From Patescibacteria group bacterium (GTDB lineage: Bacteria; Patescibacteriota; Patescibacteriia; UBA10025; JAHIVO01), in the NCBI GenBank assembly GCA_043808365.1, contig JAZDEZ010000001.1, forward strand, positions 1-56,894: a stretch of DNA of 56,894 nucleotides. Reading direction: 5' to 3'. This document shows, one piece after another, positions 1-4,164 of this stretch. The notes below the pieces were generated by a model. It saw nothing but the letters and a program-made list of their open reading frames with translations. It made no database searches and was not told the DNA's origin. The position numbers and the translations under genes were made by a program. The first letter of the stretch is position 1; each line of letters opens with the position of its first letter.

Positions 1-2
1 CC

Positions 3-149
3 GAAATCTTCAATCCTAAACTCACCGAGTGGTTGATTGAATACAACTCGGTCAGGCCGCACCAAGCGCTTGGGTACCAGACCCCTTTGGCGTTCGCTGA
101 ATCCACCCTGGGGTTGCACACGATGTGGTCATCACGTACAATCGCTTGA
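3..149 (+). CDS. DDE (integrase-core/rve) transposase, C-terminal fragment; 5' part outside window
   Basis: Frame 3 reads EIFNPKLTEWLIEYNSVRPHQALGYQTPLAFAESTLGLHTMWSSRTIA*; the W..YN..RPH.ALG..TP block is the conserved C-terminal signature of rve-type transposases (IS481/IS3/ISNCY-like). Confidence 0.7.
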   Translation, partial: EIFNPKLTEWLIEYNSVRPHQALGYQTPLAFAESTLGLHTMWSSRTIA

Positions 150-260
150 CAATACAAACATTCTATGCTAATATTGGTCGTTATCTAGCACCTTTAAAAC
201 TACTTACAAAGCACGGTAGTAATCTAGCAATAAACCCTAACAAAGAAGGAGGATGACGCC

Positions 261-917
261 ATGTCAAAAGACGTGTCCCCATCCGAACAGACAATTACAA
301 AAGGCCAATGCGGTAAGCTCATGGATGTGGGCGTAGACGCACTGGTCAAGAGTGGGTTGCCCAGCGAGCCTACCCAGTATGTTCTTGAGCACGAGAGCAT
401 AGAAATCGCTGCAAATCTGGTGGCCGATATCCGCACCCGTGTCGAAGCGCGCATCCGCGCCACCGAACCCCACATACTCAAGCGCCTGCCGTTCGATCCT
501 GAGAAGTTCATCGGGAAAGGCTGGTCGGTTGACGAACAGGTCTCAAAGCGCACTGGGGATAACCTGGATGCCGGTCAGATTACCCGTAAGGATTACCTCA
601 AAAAAGGTGAGCCCTCCATTAACGGAGAAGAGCGTCTTCGGCGTATCAAAGCCTCAGGCGAAGCAGACTTACAGCTCGATGCGTCTGACTGTGTCGCTCT
701 TTACCAAGAGGATGGCCAGAAAACCCTGCGTTGGCTTTACGAGACCAGGGGAGTCACTTGGCTCTCTTGCTGGGGAACTATTCTGCGCGACCCGGATGGC
801 GACCGCAGCGTCCTCTGCCTCTGTCGGCACGAGGACGGTTCCTGGCTCTGGGACTACTTTTGGGTCGACCACGACGGTTGGGACGCCGGCGGTCCTGCGG
901 GTGTGCTCGCAAAGTAG
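261..917 (+). CDS. DGR target-like (variable) protein candidate, 218 aa
   Basis: ORF with AAGGAGG 8 nt before the ATG; no signal peptide; the last ~42 codons (ILRDPDGD...GSWLWDYFWVDHDGWDAGGPAGVLAK) are homologous to the AAC-rich repeat at 1348-1469; visibly more GC-rich than its surroundings. Confidence 0.6.
   Translation: MSKDVSPSEQTITKGQCGKLMDVGVDALVKSGLPSEPTQYVLEHESIEIAANLVADIRTRVEARIRATEPHILKRLPFDPEKFIGKGWSVDEQVSKRTGDNLDAGQITRKDYLKKGEPSINGEERLRRIKASGEADLQLDASDCVALYQEDGQKTLRWLYETRGVTWLSCWGTILRDPDGDRSVLCLCRHEDGSWLWDYFWVDHDGWDAGGPAGVLAK
786..912 (+). repeat. VR-like segment at the 3' end of the target-like gene
   Basis: Hand alignment to 1348-1469: blocks 15/18, 23/33 and 9/9 identical; most mismatches lie opposite TR adenines, but there are also non-A mismatches and indels. 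Confidence 0.5.
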
Positions 918-987
918 CTTTTCGTCCTTGGGACTTATGAACCTTAGATCCTTTGGAGCTTTGGTTTTAGTCCTTGGACCAAATCAC

Positions 988-1030
988 AAAACCCTTACAT
1001 TTTGTCATCAGACACAGGTGTAAGGGTTTT
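988..1030 (+). terminator. Hairpin plus T-run after the target-like gene
   Basis: AAAACCCTTACA (988-999) pairs with TGTAAGGGTTTT (1019-1030), 19-nt loop, followed by T/A-rich sequence. Confidence 0.5.
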
Positions 1031-1347
1031 ATATTTATGCTAAAATCAATGTGGTAGTAGGCGAATATGCCCCGACGTATCGTCGGGGCTGCCGAACCCA
1101 GTATCCATACACTCCTGAATGTCTCTGACTACGGTTTGAGACAGCGTGATGTATGCAGAATCTTCAAAATGAAGCTACTTGGTGCGTAATGCTAGGGCAT
1201 TATATATGCCAAATACGATACAATCCTAAGAGTCCCGACGTTGCGGACTCGTAAGGAATTTTGGTAGGTCGGGATCCCGATTTCCGTCAACAGTGGAACA
1301 TCGGGATATTCGAGGGATGGTGGCACGGACGGCGTGTTATACGCAAT

Positions 1348-1469
1348 CGCAACTCGGATGGCAACCTCTATGTGCGTTACCTCAACTGGGATGGTAGTCA
1401 GTGGAACTGGAACAACAACTGGCTCGACAATGACTGGAACGACAATAACCCGGCTGCGCTTGCTCGCAA
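1348..1469 (+). repeat. DGR template repeat (TR) candidate
   Basis: Intergenic; one frame gives RNRNSDGNLYVRYLNWDGSQWNWNNNWLDNDWNDNNPAALARN, i.e. AAC/AAT codons interspersed with fixed TGG codons as in known TRs; homologous to 786-912; exact TR borders uncertain (may start near 1290). Confidence 0.6.
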
Positions 1470-1481
1470 CTCACTTCATTT

Positions 1482-1515
1482 CTCCTCTAATATCTATTAG
1501 GGGAGTTTTATTTTT
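1482..1515 (+). terminator. Possible intrinsic terminator directly after the TR
   Basis: CTCCTC (1482-1487) pairs with GGGGAG (1500-1505, one G-U pair), followed by TTTTATTTTT; overlaps the 3' end of avd on the other strand. Confidence 0.4.
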
Positions 1516-1895
1516 GAGAGTTGTCCATTCCAGCCCCCGAGCATTTTACCGATTTCATCTATTTTCACCGACAGCACGATGTACTTTTTGTTATCCAGCG
1601 ACTTTGTTTCCCATAATATCATTAGGAGTATTTTCAGGGTGTCAGTTTTCTGAATAGCTCGTCTGACATAGGGCAGTTTTTCAGTTCGTCCTAAGAAACT
1701 CGCAGTTGCAATCGCTTCTATTGTTTCAATGAATAGAGTATCAATGCGCTGGCCAAGCGTGTGCCTGTGCGTTTTGGGTATTGTCTGAAAATAACCAAAC
1801 CAAAGCAGATAGGTGCTTTTTACCTTTTGCAGTACTGGCAAAAGTCTGGGGGGGGGGGTAGAATTAGCGGTATGAGTAAGATTCAACTCGTTCAT
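1497..1895 (-). CDS. avd: Avd-like accessory variability determinant (four-helix-bundle family)
   Basis: FQTIPKTHRHTLGQRIDTLFIETIEAI...KIDEIGKMLGGW matches remembered Bordetella phage BPP-1 Avd blocks (SIPRKHGVAREMF..., IAEVGRILGSW); an alternative TTG start at 1841 would give 114 aa. Confidence 0.75.
   Translation of the reverse strand: MNELNLTHTANSTPPPRLLPVLQKVKSTYLLWFGYFQTIPKTHRHTLGQRIDTLFIETIEAIATASFLGRTEKLPYVRRAIQKTDTLKILLMILWETKSLDNKKYIVLSVKIDEIGKMLGGWNGQLSKIKLP
1848..1858. repeat. G11/C11 homopolymer tract
   Basis: Eleven consecutive G on the + strand; encodes TPPPR in the avd N-terminus if avd starts at 1895; ends 14 nt upstream of the RT ATG at 1872. Confidence 0.95.
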
Positions 1896-2975
1896 GCGTA
1901 TCAGTATATCATTTCCATGGAGAATTTACTTGCCGCGTGGCAGGAATTTTTAGCTGGCAAGCGCTCTCGCCGAGATGTTCAAGAGTATGAGATTAATTTA
2001 ATGTGCAATATTATTTCGCTTCATAATAATCTTGCATCTAAGAAATATACACACTCTCCGTATCAAGCGTTTAATATTTCCGATCCCAAGCCACGCAATA
2101 TCCATAAAGCCAGCGTGCGAGACAGGTTATTACACCATGCGCTGCATCGTGTGTTATATCCGTTTTTTGATCGGACGTTTATTACTGATTCGTATTCGTG
2201 CCGGATTAATAAAGGTACGCATAAAGCCATTAATAGGTTTCATGCGTTTGCGTATAAGGCGTCACACAATAATACTAAAACCCTTTGGGTGTTAAAGTGT
2301 GATATTAAAAAGTTCTTTGCTTCAATAGATCAGTCAATCTTGATTGATATTATTAATGAATACATTCCCGACCAAGATATCCGCTGGCTTATAGGTCAGA
2401 TTGTCGGCAGTTTTCATTTAACCGAAGAAGGCAGGGGATTACCGCTTGGCAACCTGACATCCCAACTGTTTGTAAACGTGTACATGAACGAATTTGATCA
2501 ATTCGTAAAGCATAAGCTCAAAGCAAAGCATTACATACGATACGCGGATGATTTTGTTTTTATGTCAAACAGCAAATCATGGCTGGGATCACTTATTCCC
2601 TCGATTAGTGGTTTTTTGACAGCCAGACTTCAGCTCACACTACACCCGCAGAAATTGTTTCTGAAGACGTTGGCATCAGGCGTTGATTTTCTGGGGTGGA
2701 TACATTTTCCAGATCATCGAGTGTTGCGTACCACGGCTCGACGGCGGATGGCGAGCCGTATTATGGAACATCCAACTAATGAAACAATTCAGTCTTACTT
2801 AGGCTTGCTCAAACATGGGAATACTGAGAAAATAAAGTCGCAAATACTGGACAGCCAATACTATGCTGAAGTAAGCCCCGCCCGCTTCGCCTTGCGAAGC
2901 AAGGCGGGCGCGGCAAATGAGTCTCGGCCGGAGGCTGATCCGCCTTTGGCGGAAAATGTGAGACACCAGGTATGA
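1872..2975 (+). CDS. DGR-type reverse transcriptase
   Basis: MSKIQLVHAY...; RT motifs including GLPLGNLTSQLFVNVY (the [ILV]GxxxSQ signature of DGR RTs) and catalytic YADD (IRYADDFVF); no maturase/endonuclease extension; the ORF track start at 1761 is probably too early. Confidence 0.85.
   Translation: MSKIQLVHAYQYIISMENLLAAWQEFLAGKRSRRDVQEYEINLMCNIISLHNNLASKKYTHSPYQAFNISDPKPRNIHKASVRDRLLHHALHRVLYPFFDRTFITDSYSCRINKGTHKAINRFHAFAYKASHNNTKTLWVLKCDIKKFFASIDQSILIDIINEYIPDQDIRWLIGQIVGSFHLTEEGRGLPLGNLTSQLFVNVYMNEFDQFVKHKLKAKHYIRYADDFVFMSNSKSWLGSLIPSISGFLTARLQLTLHPQKLFLKTLASGVDFLGWIHFPDHRVLRTTARRRMASRIMEHPTNETIQSYLGLLKHGNTEKIKSQILDSQYYAEVSPARFALRSKAGAANESRPEADPPLAENVRHQV
2879..2910. repeat. GC-rich nested hairpin (REP-like) inside the RT 3' tail
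   Basis: Inner stem CTTCGC/GCGAAG (loop CTT) within outer stem GCCCG/CGGGC; same architecture as 24288-24325 upstream of the RAYT gene. Confidence 0.5.
2927..2955 (+). repeat. 29-nt hairpin repeat, copy 1 (RT tail)
   Basis: GCCGGAGGCTGATCCGCCTTTGGCGGAAA equals the reverse complement of 4916-4944 in ileS at 28/29 positions. Confidence 0.8.
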
Positions 2976-3024
2976 CATTTTAACTTCCCTGGAAGTAGGA
3001 CATTTTTAACTTCCCGTTGACAGG
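2968..3024 (+). mobile_element. Terminal inverted repeat (right end) of the putative transposon
   Basis: AGGTATGACATTTTAACTTCCCT..AAGTAGGACATT...GACAGG; the reverse complement of 56752-56806 matches at about 50 of 57 positions, with perfect 23-nt and 12-nt blocks; contains two copies of GACATTTT(T)AACTTCC; outer end reads ...TGACA. Confidence 0.6.
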
Positions 3025-3036
3025 ACAACCAGCCGC

Positions 3037-3065
3037 TTGACAAAAGCGCTGTTTTGGCGTACACT
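3037..3065 (+). promoter_or_regulatory. Sigma70-like promoter
   Basis: TTGACA, 17-nt spacer, TACACT, about 60 nt upstream of the 3125 ORF. Confidence 0.5.
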
Positions 3066-3124
3066 GGCCTGTTCACTTGGAAAACAGTTCTTAACATTCA
3101 AATATAGAAAGGCGGTTCGCAGTT

Positions 3125-3589
3125 ATGGCTACCCGGAATCATAAGCCGCATGGATCGCCCATTATTCGTTTTCTTTTCGAGTTTGGGCGGTATGCTTGGC
3201 TGGACGTGCCGATGCTTGTCTTGATCGGACTTTTTTATCGGCATTTTTCAACCCAGGGCGCGCATCCGGCTCCCGAATGGTTCACTTATTTTTACTGGGC
3301 AGAGCTCGGATTGTATCTCCCAATAAAGGAAGGCGCGCACAAATCTTATCCAAATTTGCGTACTCGCTGGGGCGGCATCAGAGTCGGGATTTGGATAGCT
3401 TTCATTATTGTTTGCGCTTTGATGAATTCTCAGTACCCGTCCAGGTTCAATAACATACCACCGTTGATGCCGCAGACCGTCATCATAGTAATCGGGGTAT
3501 TCATTTTTGGTGCCTGGGTTTCAAAAAAGCGCGTCCTGACGAAATTGACTGGCCAGATCGCCAAATTGGCAGCCAAATACGCCAAGTAA
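3125..3589 (+). CDS. Hypothetical polytopic membrane protein, 154 aa
   Basis: Long ORF with several hydrophobic helices (VPMLVLIGLFY, IRVGIWIAFIIVCALM, TVIIVIGVFIFGAWV). Confidence 0.6.
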   Translation: MATRNHKPHGSPIIRFLFEFGRYAWLDVPMLVLIGLFYRHFSTQGAHPAPEWFTYFYWAELGLYLPIKEGAHKSYPNLRTRWGGIRVGIWIAFIIVCALMNSQYPSRFNNIPPLMPQTVIIVIGVFIFGAWVSKKRVLTKLTGQIAKLAAKYAK

Positions 3590-3726
3590 CCAGTAGCGCC
3601 ACATGGCACATGACGAGCCTTCTGATGAAAATCGGGAGGCTCAATTTTTTATATCAGCAGTTTACAAAGTAATGCAATGTACTGTATACTCTCGGCATCA
3701 GAAATCGCTCTTATCCAAGGAGGAAT

Positions 3727-4068
3727 ATGGGTATATTTCTTTTTCTGGCCATTGCATTTTGCATGGTAGCGCTGGCGTATATCAAGGTTAAGGAGGAAAT
3801 ACTTGACAGTGGCGATAATAGTTCGCTGTTTGGCAGGATATTTCGCGCCAGCCGGAGGATCCAGCCCAAGGAATGTACTGTGGATAATTTGCTGAAAGTC
3901 ATTGCTGATAAGTCGCGGTACAAGGACTCATATGTCAAGACGCTGTCCAGGCAGGTGCCGTATCCAGATTTAATACAGCTCGAGTCGGTTCGTGCGGCAG
4001 TAGCCGAGCATCGACCTGATCTGTTCGGATATATCCAGGCGGCAGACATAGAGAAGCCGATCCTTTGA
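3727..4068 (+). CDS. Hypothetical protein with N-terminal membrane anchor, 113 aa
   Basis: AAGGAGG just upstream of the ATG; N-terminal GIFLFLAIAFCMVALAYI helix. Confidence 0.5.
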   Translation: MGIFLFLAIAFCMVALAYIKVKEEILDSGDNSSLFGRIFRASRRIQPKECTVDNLLKVIADKSRYKDSYVKTLSRQVPYPDLIQLESVRAAVAEHRPDLFGYIQAADIEKPIL

Positions 4069-4164
4069 CGAAAAGCTCCAGGAATATGACACCAGGAGCT
4101 TTTATTTTTTTCGAGTTTACACCTGGACAATACCTACATTTTTTTGTACAATCAGTACTACATT

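Larger units (their letters stand above)
1..3024 (+). mobile_element. Right-hand part of a putative IS-derived transposon (transposase 3' end + DGR cassette + terminal inverted repeat); left end outside window
   Basis: Transposase C-terminus at 3-149, no IR-like sequence directly after it, and a ~57-nt repeat at 2968-3024 whose reverse complement occurs at 56752-56806 just upstream of another transposase start. Confidence 0.45.

Noticed and set aside
1261-1657. ORFs 1261-1500 and 1334-1657 as protein-coding genes
   Set aside because: They cover the AAC-rich TR and the antisense of avd. They lack a ribosome-binding site and have extreme Asn/Trp or Thr/Gly composition, which is better explained as template-repeat RNA.
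1872-2975. RT as a group II intron maturase or a retron RT
   Set aside because: It has no X/maturase or endonuclease extension, and I could find no intron domain V/VI-like structure or msr/msd-type inverted repeats. Motif 4 is LGNLTSQ (DGR type), not QGxxxSP, and Avd and TR are adjacent.
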